DNA from: Dimargaris cristalligena
Lineage: Eukaryota
Reading direction: 5' to 3'
Length of the DNA stretch: 44,687 nt
NCBI GenBank assembly: GCA_003614675.1
Contig: ML002306.1
Span: 1 to 44,687, forward strand
The stretch's first letter is position 1. Each line of letters opens with the position of its first letter. Of this stretch, positions 11,887 to 22,782 are shown in pieces. Both the position numbers and the translations under genes were made by a program. The notes under the pieces are model-generated. The model made no database searches. It was not told where the DNA came from and saw only the letters and a list, made by a program, of their open reading frames with translations.

Positions 11887-12211
11887 ACATGTCATGTAAA
11901 CAGCTAACGTAGCGGGGAACCGGTTAGGGTGGTAGATGATCGATGTACTAGTGCCAAGAATTACACATCTTACTACGCATCATTCAATCATTGTAATCTA
12001 TCACCTTAGGTAATCTTATCCAGCGGAAAATCCCAATTTAATACCGCTATTCTATTCGGAAAACCCAACTTCGACACTAATCACTCGGAAATTGATGGAG
12101 AAAAAAGCAAGTCAGTGGGTTAGGACACCAGGAAACTTTCAGTTCGCACTGACTCGATCAGCCCTGCTGATATAAACTGAGGTATATGGTTCCCTTTCAA
12201 AATTATAAATA
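11887..12211 (+). promoter_or_regulatory. Copy 5 promoter: ACATGTCATGT (11887-11897) and TATAAATA (12204-12211)
   Basis: Same motifs, 317-bp spacing. Confidence 0.65.
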
Positions 12212-12350
12212 TTACACATTATCCATTCGACTGTCTTCAACAATTACCGTCTCTAACCACTAACTATTCGCCATTAGTAATTTCTACACCCGACTTGAAT
12301 TCCTACGTCGTCCTTGACCCCCCCCTCCCCACAGCTACTCGAGCCTAGAC

Positions 12351-12784
12351 ATGATAGCCGAAACATTTAACAGGGATTTGGTGACTTTGGAAATGTACGG
12401 TGAGTAATCAGACTATCCCTAAACCCATTAGGCGATTCGCCCTTCCCATATTTGATATCCAACGTCTCCCTCTCTTATATTATACTAACCTTTCAATCGA
12501 TTTGTTAGTAACATGGCCATTCATCATCGCCTATATCCTGACACTGGATAGGTTCTAGGAACACTTAAGTTACTCGTTACTTATTAACGCGGATCTTTTA
12601 ATGATTATTATTATTTTGATTAGAGTTGGTTGATTTCGCCTTTAAAGCTTATCCCAATAAGATATACCAAGGTAGTGTCGCGAAACTCGACGAGTACGAA
12701 GGTGTGGTGACTTTCCAAGGAACTTCAATGGGAACCTTCCGCGTGATGGCTAAAGATATATATATCAGACCCTTCGTCAACTGA
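12351..12784 (+). CDS. Array micro-protein copy 5, 69 aa; exons 12351-12399, 12624-12784
   Basis: GTGAGT..ATTAG intron; MIAETFNRDLVTLEMYELVDFAFKAYPNKIYQGSVAKLDEYEGVVTFQGTSMGTFRVMAKDIYIRPFVN; AATAAA at 12880. Confidence 0.88.
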
Positions 12785-14989
12785 GCCAGATAAAATCTAT
12801 AATATACCTTATTCTGATTGGTATACCAGTAGGCGACTCACTTGGACCACGAATTGCTAGTAAGCCCAATTCTGGCTTTAATAAATTACTTTTTTTTAAA
12901 ATTTACGTTGTGTCTAATAACCAACAATATTAAAGCCGACTAAACACGAAGAACCAGGCAACATCGTTGCCCAGTTCCATCAACGAGCCGCGGGAATTTG
13001 GCCTTATTGAAGGTTCACCTTTCTTCAGCTATGCATCACCACTCGATTCATCTATTCTATATATTCTATCATTTATACATGTCTACAATTATCTAACATT
13101 CATATTAATATTCAGTAGCGTCTTCCAGCAACCTCCATGCTTGTTCGACATCTATATCAGTCTTCTCGACTATATAAAACCGGGCTAATTCCTACAGCCG
13201 TTCATTAGTTAATTAGCATATAGTTCTATACCCTTTTCAATAATGAACTCAACCTATTTAGTATCTCCTGTATTGTATTCTATCAAACGCCCTTCGCATC
13301 AGCTGCTCATGTGTTATGTCTCATAACTCGTTCTAGGCGTAGGTGCTTGAGACATTATCTGGATTATTATGTACGACAAAGAGTAAAACTTGAATATAAG
13401 CCTCTCGCATCTCATCTTTACTTGCACCTGCGTTTACATCTTAAATTGTCGTCCTTGGAATAGGCACATGTTTACTATAACTGCCTTGAGGTTCTAATAA
13501 CTCATTGTTTTTATCACATTATCGTCTCCACCCGTGGGGCTTTATTTTCAGCCTCGCCGGAGTAGTAACAAAATTGCTGCACATGATTTCTTCGGGTTTG
13601 GAATTAAACTATAGTAAGAAAGACGGAGTCTTTTGCAGCCATGGCACCTTTTCAGATGATTATAATCAGGATTCAACCAACGATTGCGATATAATCTTAC
13701 ATATGCATCAGCTCCTTGCTGGAAGTTGATGTGGATTTTATTTTGTCGTGGTTGGCAATGGAAAATCATTACTGATTATCAGAATAAACCATACTTTTCT
13801 GATGTTATTTTATACGTCAATTAGCGTTCAAGTCAAGCTAGTGGGTAAATTCCAGAATAATACTAATACCGTCCTTGTCAGTATTATTTAAATGCTGTTT
13901 ATATACATTATAACACTATCTAAAAATACTATAGTTTTATATGTAGGAAATTTTACAGTTTTCCTCCTGCTAGAATATATAAATTTACCGACCATTAGGT
14001 ACTTCGTGATAGCTACAAAACTCCCCCCCCCCCGCAAACTCCAATTTTATAAATAAGTAATGGAGGATGAATTGCTTATTACTATAATGCAGGTCGGATC
14101 TTGTGCGATATTATATTTATTATTGCAATGCCCCATCTGTTTGTGAAATAGTTAAAATCGGACTAAAAAGACAGCTGGTCATAATGCCCTAATTTACATA
14201 AAAATCTATAGGAATAATGAGGAAAGAACCAGAGGTTCACAAACTAAAGTGATCATGGTGCTCACATTTAACAGATGTCAATATCCGAAGGGTGATTATT
14301 ACAATAAGTCTGGCTGTGGGTAAATAGTACTCGGTGTGTTACGTGTTTTTTTAGAAAAATGGCAACTAGGAATGGGGTTCTCCAATGCCCGACGAGTCTG
14401 CAACAATAACCCTAATCATCCAACGTCTGAATGGTGTAAGTGTTTCTGATGGGGAGTAGACCAAGATGGTGATGTGGGCAACCAGTATATCGGATCAGTC
14501 TTACGGAAATGGGTTTATCGGAAAAATTGGCATCGGTTTTGGCGATGGAAATCACTATATTGGAGTCCAAGTTAATTCAGTGTAATCTATCAACTTCATC
14601 GGATTAGAAGTTGTTTGGTTCACCCCAGATGATATAATAACAGGGCCTATTGGACGACCGCTGTCCATCAACTAAGTGACATACCAACACCTAGCATAGA
14701 GGGAAAACGATAAGTGTAGCTGATAATTTATGGATTATTGTTAAACATTCAATTAATGACTACTGTGACATTCAATCATTTTATTTTATCAACCTTGACA
14801 GTAATATCTAGCGGAACCCGCCAATGCAATGCCGCATTTCTATTTAAAAATCTCAATTTCGACACTAATCACTCGGGACTTGATGAAAGTAAAAGAAACA
14901 GCGGATTAGGAGATCAGGAACCTTCAGGTCGCACAGAATCTTCTTGCCATACTGTAATGATTTAGGTTTTATAGCCCCCCTTTCAAATG

Positions 14990-14997
14990 TATAAATA
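14990..14997 (+). promoter_or_regulatory. Copy 6 TATA box (upstream palindrome degenerate at ~14675)
   Basis: TATAAATA at the homologous position, 139 bp before the ATG. Confidence 0.6.
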
Positions 14998-15128
14998 TTA
15001 CACATTATCCATTCGACTGTCTTCAACAATTTCCGTCTCAAACAACTAGCTATTTGCCATTAGCAATTTCTGTACCGGACTTGATATATTCCGCTGACCT
15101 TAGCTCCCGCCGCCAATCAACCCTAGCC

Positions 15129-15574
15129 ATGAAAGTTGAACTATTCGAGGACGGTTACGCGATTTTGGAATTGCACGGTGAGTAACCTAGGTTCGGTAAA
15201 CGCCAAATAGTCGATTCGCACACCCCATGGTTTACATCCCCCTTTTGCCTCTCTTACATTTATCTAGCCTTCGGATTGATAAGATAGTTATATAGCTATT
15301 CATAAGCGCCCATATCCCAACCCTGAATAACTTCTAGGGGCACCTAGATTACTTACCACTTATTAACACGGCTTTTATGTATTTACTGTTCTTATTTTGA
15401 TTAGAGCTGTATTATTTTGTCTTTAAATCTTCTCCCGATACGATTTACAAAGGTAGCATCGCAAACATTGACGAGGACGAGGAGCTAGTGACTTTTGAAG
15501 GTACCGTGGTAGGAACTATCTGCGCGAAAGCCGAAGATATATATGTCAATCCCTGCCCCAAATTATTCAGCTGA
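15129..15574 (+). CDS. Array micro-protein copy 6, 72 aa; exons 15129-15177, 15405-15574
   Basis: GTGAGT..ATTAG intron; MKVELFEDGYAILELHELYYFVFKSSPDTIYKGSIANIDEDEELVTFEGTVVGTICAKAEDIYVNPCPKLFS; AATAAA at 15661. Confidence 0.88.
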
Positions 15575-16790
15575 ATTATATGCTATACCTTGTTCCGATT
15601 GGTATACCAGTAGACGGCTCACTTTGTCCGTGAATTGCTAGTAGGCCTGACACCGGTTTTAATAAAGTGTTTTTTTTATTTAATTTCGGCAATAGTGATG
15701 TAGTAACTGGTGTTTAAATATGGCCATATGGCAAAATTTGGCTATTGTGAAGCCCTGGTTAAAATCAGGCAAGTGTTACAATTTTTTATATTTTTGAATG
15801 GTATTTATATTCGAACCGTTGTTGACTGGAGCCATCGTTGTCACCTATGGGATTATATTAAGCCAATATAGCCAATGGTGGCTTGCGGAGTTATTAGACT
15901 ATTTCAATGGTTTGTAGGTATTGTTGGCGAGTATCATGCGGATAGCCGCCAAAGCTGAACTTGGGGATAGCCTCGTTATTGTATAGATGGTGACTAACGG
16001 GAAATCGATGTAAATCAGATGATATCAAATTCCAGGATATGCATAGTAGGTAGATAAATCCGACGAACAAAAGATATTCGCTTCCAATACCAATTACCCA
16101 CCCATATCCAAACCTCAATGGGCTATTTAGGTGTCTGACTGTTACCCAATCAATGGTATTGTTCAATTACTAAGTCAATATTGGCACATTCACTACCCTA
16201 ATATACGTATTACTTTACCAGCTATTGTCGGGGGCATTATATCGATACAGATTGCTTCCCCAACTTCAAGGTGGCAGTACTATTTTATCACCATGGCACC
16301 CAAAACAAGCGACGCGGCATTGTGCCTTAAAGGGAAAGAGACTCGAAGTAGGGAAATCTTCAAGGTATATTTACTATTGTTTCCACTTGTGGTGGAGCCT
16401 GAACGGAGAGACAATGCAATTGCCCATTGGACTATTGTTAAGTGGCGAAGTGTGGATACCAAAGCCCTAATCCATAATTTTTCAGCGATTCCCCGCTCCC
16501 GAACCAAGGAATTGGAAACCGTCATCGCCAAACCTATACAGCTAGGAATGGTCAACTGTATATAAAAGACACTGGCAAGTCCTTTTACCATTATATTGCC
16601 AATGAATTTGCTTTAGTAGCCGCTTTTTCCATATTCTCATATTTCCGCCATTCCATCAATTCCCTGGTTTGGTCAATACCACAGTGCTGCCCACTGATCC
16701 TCACGCTCAGCCAATTATCAATTTATTTTACTATCCGTTGACTGTCTCAGTGAATTCCATCGTGTTTTTCACCCACTCCATTCCTGAGCC

Positions 16791-17561
16791 ATGCTTTATT
16801 CGTCCTTTTCGGTCTTGACCTTGGCCGTGACTCTGGTAGTGTTTACTGCTTCCCCTGGATTCACCCACCCGGTCCAGACCACCTCCATCTACGGGAACGA
16901 CCAACCCATTCCACACCCAACTCCTGGGGACAAAACCCTACCCACCGTCACCACCATTAGTACCGGCACTCTTCCGTCACCCTCGGGCACCAGCACCGCC
17001 ACTACCAAGAAAGTATTTGTGCAGTACAGTGTCTTTGAAAGTACATATGCCGCCACCGACTCAGTTGGTATATCTCTGTGTTCCGATGCATCCAATAGTG
17101 CAATAAGAGTAAAGTCCGATTTCGCCAAGGACCTCGTCACAACGGGAGCGGGCTACACCCTTGCAGGGACGTGGCTGACCATTGAGCAAGGCCCAAGCAC
17201 CCAGTACCCCCACGGTTGCTTCGCCGTCACCCGGGGTCCGCTGGGCGAGAGTGGGGCGGTTCTGAACCCCTTTGTAAGCGCGTTTGGTCACGATTACGCG
17301 ATTGGCGACACCCTACTGGTTGCTGCTATAGTGGGCTTAGCACTGGGTAATGGCCAAACCCACAATGGCTGTTTGAAAATCGAAGGGAAAGGCACCGAGC
17401 CGGGTAACCTGACCATCTATATTTATAGTCCAAAGTACCAGTTCCTATTCACCAAATTTAACGGGGGACCCGCCAAAGGGGTCAGGAAGGCCCAGTGTAC
17501 TCCGGGTAACTACATGACTGTCGCGCCCAGCAAGAACATTGCCACCGCACCCGCCCACTAA
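16791..17561 (+). CDS. Secreted protein, 256 aa, Thr/Pro-rich linker plus 3D (MltA-like double-psi barrel)-like domain
   Basis: Hydrophobic N-terminal signal peptide; GPLG-x4-LNPFVS..D...G..L.V..I.G..L.NG.THNGC pattern recalls fungal 3D-domain proteins. Domain call is by recognition only. Confidence 0.75.
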   Translation: MLYSSFSVLTLAVTLVVFTASPGFTHPVQTTSIYGNDQPIPHPTPGDKTLPTVTTISTGTLPSPSGTSTATTKKVFVQYSVFESTYAATDSVGISLCSDASNSAIRVKSDFAKDLVTTGAGYTLAGTWLTIEQGPSTQYPHGCFAVTRGPLGESGAVLNPFVSAFGHDYAIGDTLLVAAIVGLALGNGQTHNGCLKIEGKGTEPGNLTIYIYSPKYQFLFTKFNGGPAKGVRKAQCTPGNYMTVAPSKNIATAPAH

Positions 17562-18105
17562 ACAGACACTGACACGGACACGGGCTCGTGATTTACTTGA
17601 ACAATTCCCTGTAATATATGTACATAGTTCAAATTATTTATATAGGTTTACAAAATAGGTTTACCTCCAGCCTCTCTCCAACCAGTTTTGATGTTGATAC
17701 AATAAATAACCGTGAGTAGATAAATGTGGTGACGTCGCAAATGAGAATGCCATTTTTTCCACTCGAATCGACCATTCGAATCAACAGAGTTTCCGGTCAG
17801 CCAAGGGCAAGACTCAAAGGGAAACAACATGGTGGGAATAGACACGGACTTCCTAATTGGAGAGATAGCAAAACTATCGAATGGCCAGCGGATAAGGATC
17901 ATTGACTACGGCGACTTATTACACTTAGTTGGATTAAAGTGATACCACCGGTATAGTGGGCAGATAAATAGGGTAATAAACCTTGGGCTTGAAATTGGAA
18001 TACAATAAGAATCGAAGGATATGGAAGCAACGCTGGTACAGGCGTTCCCAATACCAACATGGACTTGGGGAACGACAGTTAGTGAGGATAGCGGCATATG
18101 GCAGT

Positions 18106-20187
18106 TTAATAATCCGCGGCCCATTCGTTTCTGTATTTGAAATAAGAAAAATTGGAGTAGTTGGTTAATGATTCGATACGCCATTCAATATTCACACTAA
18201 AAATTGACCTGCTAAATAACGTCAGGTGTAAAGCATTGGAGGTAAGGGTATATATTTCCGGGTATTCCTGATACACGACCACCAATGGCCACAGTACCAG
18301 CTGGACTCATTGCCTTTATACCCTTTCATTTTACCAGATTAAAATAGCGCTTACTTCTTAACAAATTCGTCGATGGCCTCCCGAAGGGCTAGATTGGGGA
18401 CCATATCCTCTGTCGTCATAGGTTTCCGGGAAAGGGGATCAAAGTGTCCAATTTTATGCAAGTGCTCGGTCAAGGCACTTCGTTCGTAGGAAATGCCGCT
18501 GGGGGTTAACACTGGGTCATACATGATACTGAATGATATTTTATCGCAGAAATAGTCGGGCACTTCGCGTTCGGCGCTATTGGCATCAGCTTGGGCAAAG
18601 ATCTGCTCCATGCGGGAGTAGGTACTTTCCTATCGAAAAAGCAGGGTAGTATAGAATCGCGTCGGTTATAAAAAAGGTATAGGTGAAGTTAATAAAATAT
18701 ATACCGGGGATATGGTGTATATATAACGGGTCAATTCGGTATTTCATGGAGGCTCCTAGTCAAAGATTAACTTGGGCTTTTAAATAGTTAGGAATCCAGG
18801 CTCATTGGGTTGGGCTGGATTGAACCAGTAATTGGCATACCTCTTCTTCACGGATACTCTCTAAAAGGTAAGCATTATCCTTCGGGTTGTCACTTGCTGA
18901 AACATTCGTCTCGATCATTTGGAATTTGCTGGTAATGATGCAGTACAGGCAAAGGGTACAGTTCAGGGTTCCCCATTATTAATGTCGTAATGTTGGTGAA
19001 TCGGAGCTGATGTGGCGCGGACAGTATAGGCGGTTAGAATGATACTATCCCTTATACCACCCCAGTTAGCCCCATGGGGTAGGGGTAGGGCTCAATTAAT
19101 TTAGACATTCATTACACTTACTCTTTGAAATCCTCACTGACCAAGTGCCGCAAATACGTAAGCAATTCGGACTGTCTTTCGATGCGCTCAGTCTCCTTCA
19201 GTTTCCAACGCAGTTTCTTGGCTTGCTGCACCTTGGCAATAATGTCGGCGGAAAAGGTGTAGGGTTGCTTTTGTTCCTGACTGAGTTTATAGGCAATCTC
19301 GAGGTGCCCCACGGCCCGATTCAGGTGTTTCCCCTCCTCGGTAAGGGCCTGCCCTAAAAAATAATGCGCCTTGGTAGACTTGGGGTTCAGACAGAGGGCT
19401 TTATCGCAGTCAAGCGTAACTTTGGAGTAGTGTTTCATCTAGTAGAAATGGATGCCATGGGATATGCGGAATTGTTAAAAAAATACTCATACAAACACCA
19501 TGAGTCATGAGGACTGTCGTTCCGATCAAAGGATATTCGGGGTATACTTTGATGCGTAGAATAGGCTGATATGCAATACCATGGCCAAGGCCAAGGGTTA
19601 GGGGGCAATTGTTCCGGCAAATCGGCCATGGGGTGGCACTATCACCCATTTACAAAAACGTGTACACTGGTCACAATGTACCCACGCTGACACAGAGGGA
19701 GGCACTCTGGCACTGCGAGTGGGTCGTGTACTGGCAATACCGCGGTATGGGTGGCGAGGCACAAAATGGTTCAGATGCGCCGGGTTGCGACGCAAGGGTC
19801 AGTATAGCCTGATAAGCCACCCCTAGGTCCTTCAATTGCGAAAGGATTTGGCTGTTCCTCGGCAGATAACTTACCTTGAGATAGCACAGTGCACGGTTGG
19901 TATAGTAAATGTCGTGGGTTGGACTGGCTGTCTAGTAATGGTAATTACGTGTCCAATTCACATAGTATAGCTAAGCAGAATTATTTTTGGTGGCCGCTGC
20001 TTTGTCCAACAGAGTGATATTATCATTCATTCATCTACCACGGGTTATGCCAAGCCATTGGGGAAATAGGAGGAGGAGGGGTGTTACTTACTATTGCCTT
20101 AGTATATTCAGTAACGGCGGCATAGTAATTTTTCTCGGAAAAGAAAATGTTACCCTTGCGTTTGAACTGTTCAGCAGTGTCATTCAT
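18106..20187 (-). CDS. STUB1: TPR/U-box E3 ubiquitin ligase CHIP, ~285 aa; exons 20187-20092, 19931-19875, 19438-19122, 18928-18841, 18629-18355, 18130-18106
   Basis: TPR motifs (KRKGNIFF..YTKAI, YYTNRALCYLK, KAHYFLGQAL), U-box (VPDYFCDKISFSIMYDPVLTPSGISYER..GHFDPLSR), terminal NEWAADY; all introns GT-AG and in phase. Confidence 0.92.
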
Positions 20188-20802
20188 GCGGGGCCAAAAT
20201 AAAGGGGGAGGTGATAGAAGGCGTGGTAGGGTTCAGGGGAGGGGCGAACGACGCTGTTGAGCCGAAAGTCAGGGAATGGCAGGGGAGAAATAGCGGTTAG
20301 TTTGGGTGAGTATGCTTTTACAGGGACCGGGTGGGCGGGTGTAACGTAATGGACCGGACAAGAGGAGACTGAGCAGTGGGGCGACGTAAGCGATTAAGGG
20401 TGGCAAAGGAGAAGCAGAATAAAGAGCAGGGACTAAACCAAGGGGGCTGCCATGAGGCCTTATAAGGGAAAGGCAACGAATGAAGCCAGCGTTCTTCCTA
20501 TTTCCAAGGTTCAGCCCCCGCAAGACTTTCCTTGGCGAATAAGTTGGCCTAGATGGACCCGGCGCAGGTCAGGTGCTGGAGCCAGCCAACCAAACTGACC
20601 GCCCTTGCCTACTCTAATATAGAGAGAATGGCCTGCCTAATAAGACCGAAGTATATGCAGCAGCTCCCATTGCCAGGTTCAATTAGAAGTCCGAGCCGCA
20701 ACCCCTTCAGCCTGGATGAGTCAGGCGAAAGTGGAGGCCCTTCTTATTGCTAATTGTTTATCCTTTACTCACTGCTTTGTTACCAATCTATTCACAGGTA
20801 CC

Positions 20803-22782
20803 ATGGCCGCTACCGAACCTCTCCCTCCTTTTGTCCAGTACCATTGCCCATGTTTCCCGCTACAGTTGGAGCCTAAAGCCGACCCGGCGAATGGCGCTAG
20901 CGCAGCCTCGCCGGAAACCCCGGCCGATGCGCTCACCGAGGGTGCCCCGGTGGACGACGAACCACTCGAGGAAGATGGCCTTCCCTACGATCCCTTGTCC
21001 GACGACCTACTGCATCACACCCACCCGCTCTGCGACCTGTACTTCTGCGAGGATTGCCTCCAACTCCGCTGTGGCGGCTGTGTCTTTGAGGAAATCGCCA
21101 GCTACTACTGCCCCAGCTGTCTATTTGAGGTTCCTAGTGCGAGCGTCAAGGCCGAAAAGAACCGCTGTGCTCGAAACTGCTTCGAGTGCCCCCGGTGCTT
21201 CCATAACTTACTGGTCGTGGAAGATACGGATCAGTTGACCGCACCGCCTTTTATGTCCTCGACCGCCTCCTCCCCCCGCGAAGGAAGTGTAGGAGGAGGC
21301 AGTGGTGGTGGGGCAAACTCCCCCCCGGTCCAGCCGTACTACCTACAATGCACGCTCTGTCGCTGGAGTTCCCGCGATATCGGGATGGCCTTTGAAAAAC
21401 AGACTGGGCTAGCCGGCCAGATGCAAAAACTGGACCAGTTCCAAGCTCCCCTCCGGGAGTTTGACCACCTCAAGTCTCACCTCGAATCCATGCTGCGCAC
21501 CCACCAGGCCGGTGGATCTTCGCACCGACCCGGGGCGGGCTCCCACCACTCAGGCGGATTAGGAATGGGTCTGGCCCATGGCTCCCCGCATCCCATGGCC
21601 TCGGGCTCGGGTTCGTCGTCGGCCGCTCTGCTGGCCTCCCTCCGCTTCGGCTCCGGGTCCGATCCTCGATCGTCGTCAGGTTTGTATTCCTCTTCGACGC
21701 GTGGCCTCACCGCCCTCAACCAGCCGGGTACGGATGCTTCGTCCGGTCCCCCTACATACGAGGCCCTCCACCACTCCCCGGAGGACGACGATATGGTCAA
21801 CGAACTCATGAATCTTCGGACAGTCGACGATATTGCCACCGTCGCCCAACGGGTCCGTCAGAGCCAGGCCGGCAACTACCTGATCCGGCAACATGCCCCG
21901 CAGCGGGTAGCTCTACGGTCGAAACGGTCTAAGCGTTGCCGGGGCTGTCGCCACATTCTCATTAAACCGGAGCAAAAGGCCCAGGTAACCCGCTTTAAAA
22001 TCAAATTCATCGCCATGAATTTCGTGCCCACCATCACCATTGTGCGTAACCCCATTCTATACACTCCCCAACGGCGTCACCGATGCGCCATTCGCTTTGT
22101 GAACCCCCAGTACCATGAAACCCGCATCCAGTTGGCCATTCCCGACGACTACCCTAACCGCCTGGCCCAAGTTACCATCCTGGCGCCCAGCTTCGACGTG
22201 AGTGCCTATAACGATATTTGGGAGTACGATCAAAACCAGGACGGCGGTGATGACGGTGGGTCGGACCAAGACTCCATCGACGGGTTGGACGGGGATGATG
22301 ACGTCGATTACGACGACGATCCGGAATTCCAATCGGCCCAGCAGGCCAGTGGCGCCTCCAAGTTCCCCGAAGCTGCCGTGGACTACGGCGACGGGCCCGA
22401 CTTTCTTCCGCCCCCAACGGGAACACGATTCCCGCTGGCTGACTACCGTCGCAAACGCCAGCGCCAAAAACGGTTACTGACTACGGGTATTTATGACCGC
22501 AAAGCCAATGAAACTGCCATTGTGCTGGAAGTTACCCCACTCCAGCCCGTCCCCAACCTTATTATCCCCTTGCATGTCTCGTTCAATTATACATTGGATA
22601 ATCTGACCGATGACGAAGGCTCCGTAAGTGACTCGGAGCCTGACAGTAAAGCGGCTGCCGGGCGAACGGACGGTGGTTCGGCCACCGCGAAGGCCAAAGG
22701 CAAACCCAATCTGCCTCGGCGGGAATGTGGTTTTTGGACCTATTTGAATCTGGGCCGTGTGGAGCAAGTCCGGAGCCTTTAG
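20803..22782 (+). CDS. DCTN4: Dynactin subunit 4 (p62), ~659 aa, single exon
   Basis: LYFCEDC..RC..C..EEI..YYCPSCLFEVPSASVKAEKNRCARNCFECP and LRSKRSKRCRGCRHILIKPE motifs; start placed at ATG 20803. Confidence 0.92.
   Translation: MAATEPLPPFVQYHCPCFPLQLEPKADPANGASAASPETPADALTEGAPVDDEPLEEDGLPYDPLSDDLLHHTHPLCDLYFCEDCLQLRCGGCVFEEIASYYCPSCLFEVPSASVKAEKNRCARNCFECPRCFHNLLVVEDTDQLTAPPFMSSTASSPREGSVGGGSGGGANSPPVQPYYLQCTLCRWSSRDIGMAFEKQTGLAGQMQKLDQFQAPLREFDHLKSHLESMLRTHQAGGSSHRPGAGSHHSGGLGMGLAHGSPHPMASGSGSSSAALLASLRFGSGSDPRSSSGLYSSSTRGLTALNQPGTDASSGPPTYEALHHSPEDDDMVNELMNLRTVDDIATVAQRVRQSQAGNYLIRQHAPQRVALRSKRSKRCRGCRHILIKPEQKAQVTRFKIKFIAMNFVPTITIVRNPILYTPQRRHRCAIRFVNPQYHETRIQLAIPDDYPNRLAQVTILAPSFDVSAYNDIWEYDQNQDGGDDGGSDQDSIDGLDGDDDVDYDDDPEFQSAQQASGASKFPEAAVDYGDGPDFLPPPTGTRFPLADYRRKRQRQKRLLTTGIYDRKANETAIVLEVTPLQPVPNLIIPLHVSFNYTLDNLTDDEGSVSDSEPDSKAAAGRTDGGSATAKAKGKPNLPRRECGFWTYLNLGRVEQVRSL

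Larger units (their letters stand above)
260..16100 (+). repeat. Tandem array of six diverged ~2-2.5 kb paralogous units (promoter + micro-gene + 3' flank), interrupted by TE relics
   Basis: Recurrent blocks: ccatcaacta near 1032, 5132, 7343 (variant), 9271, 11876, 14665; ttcgacactaatcactcgg-like block; TATAAATA; shared 3' flanks; far-upstream block ttgctgat.at.agaat at ~411, 4095, 13769. Boundaries approximate; the array may continue left of the window. Confidence 0.93.

Noticed and set aside
260-16100. Array interpreted as a CRISPR-like locus, rDNA or a transposon tandem
   Set aside because: Units are kb-scale with spliceosomal introns and TATA boxes; no repeat-spacer structure, rRNA similarity, transposase/RT motifs or unit-terminal repeats seen
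16131-16591. Overlapping 81-144 aa ORFs between the array and the secreted protein
   Set aside because: No recognisable motifs or coding-like composition; likely promoter region of the 16791 gene
18351-18353. TAA stop ending STUB1 at EFVKK as in the ORF track
   Set aside because: It overlaps a GTAAGC donor; splicing to 18130 restores the CHIP-like NEWAADY end
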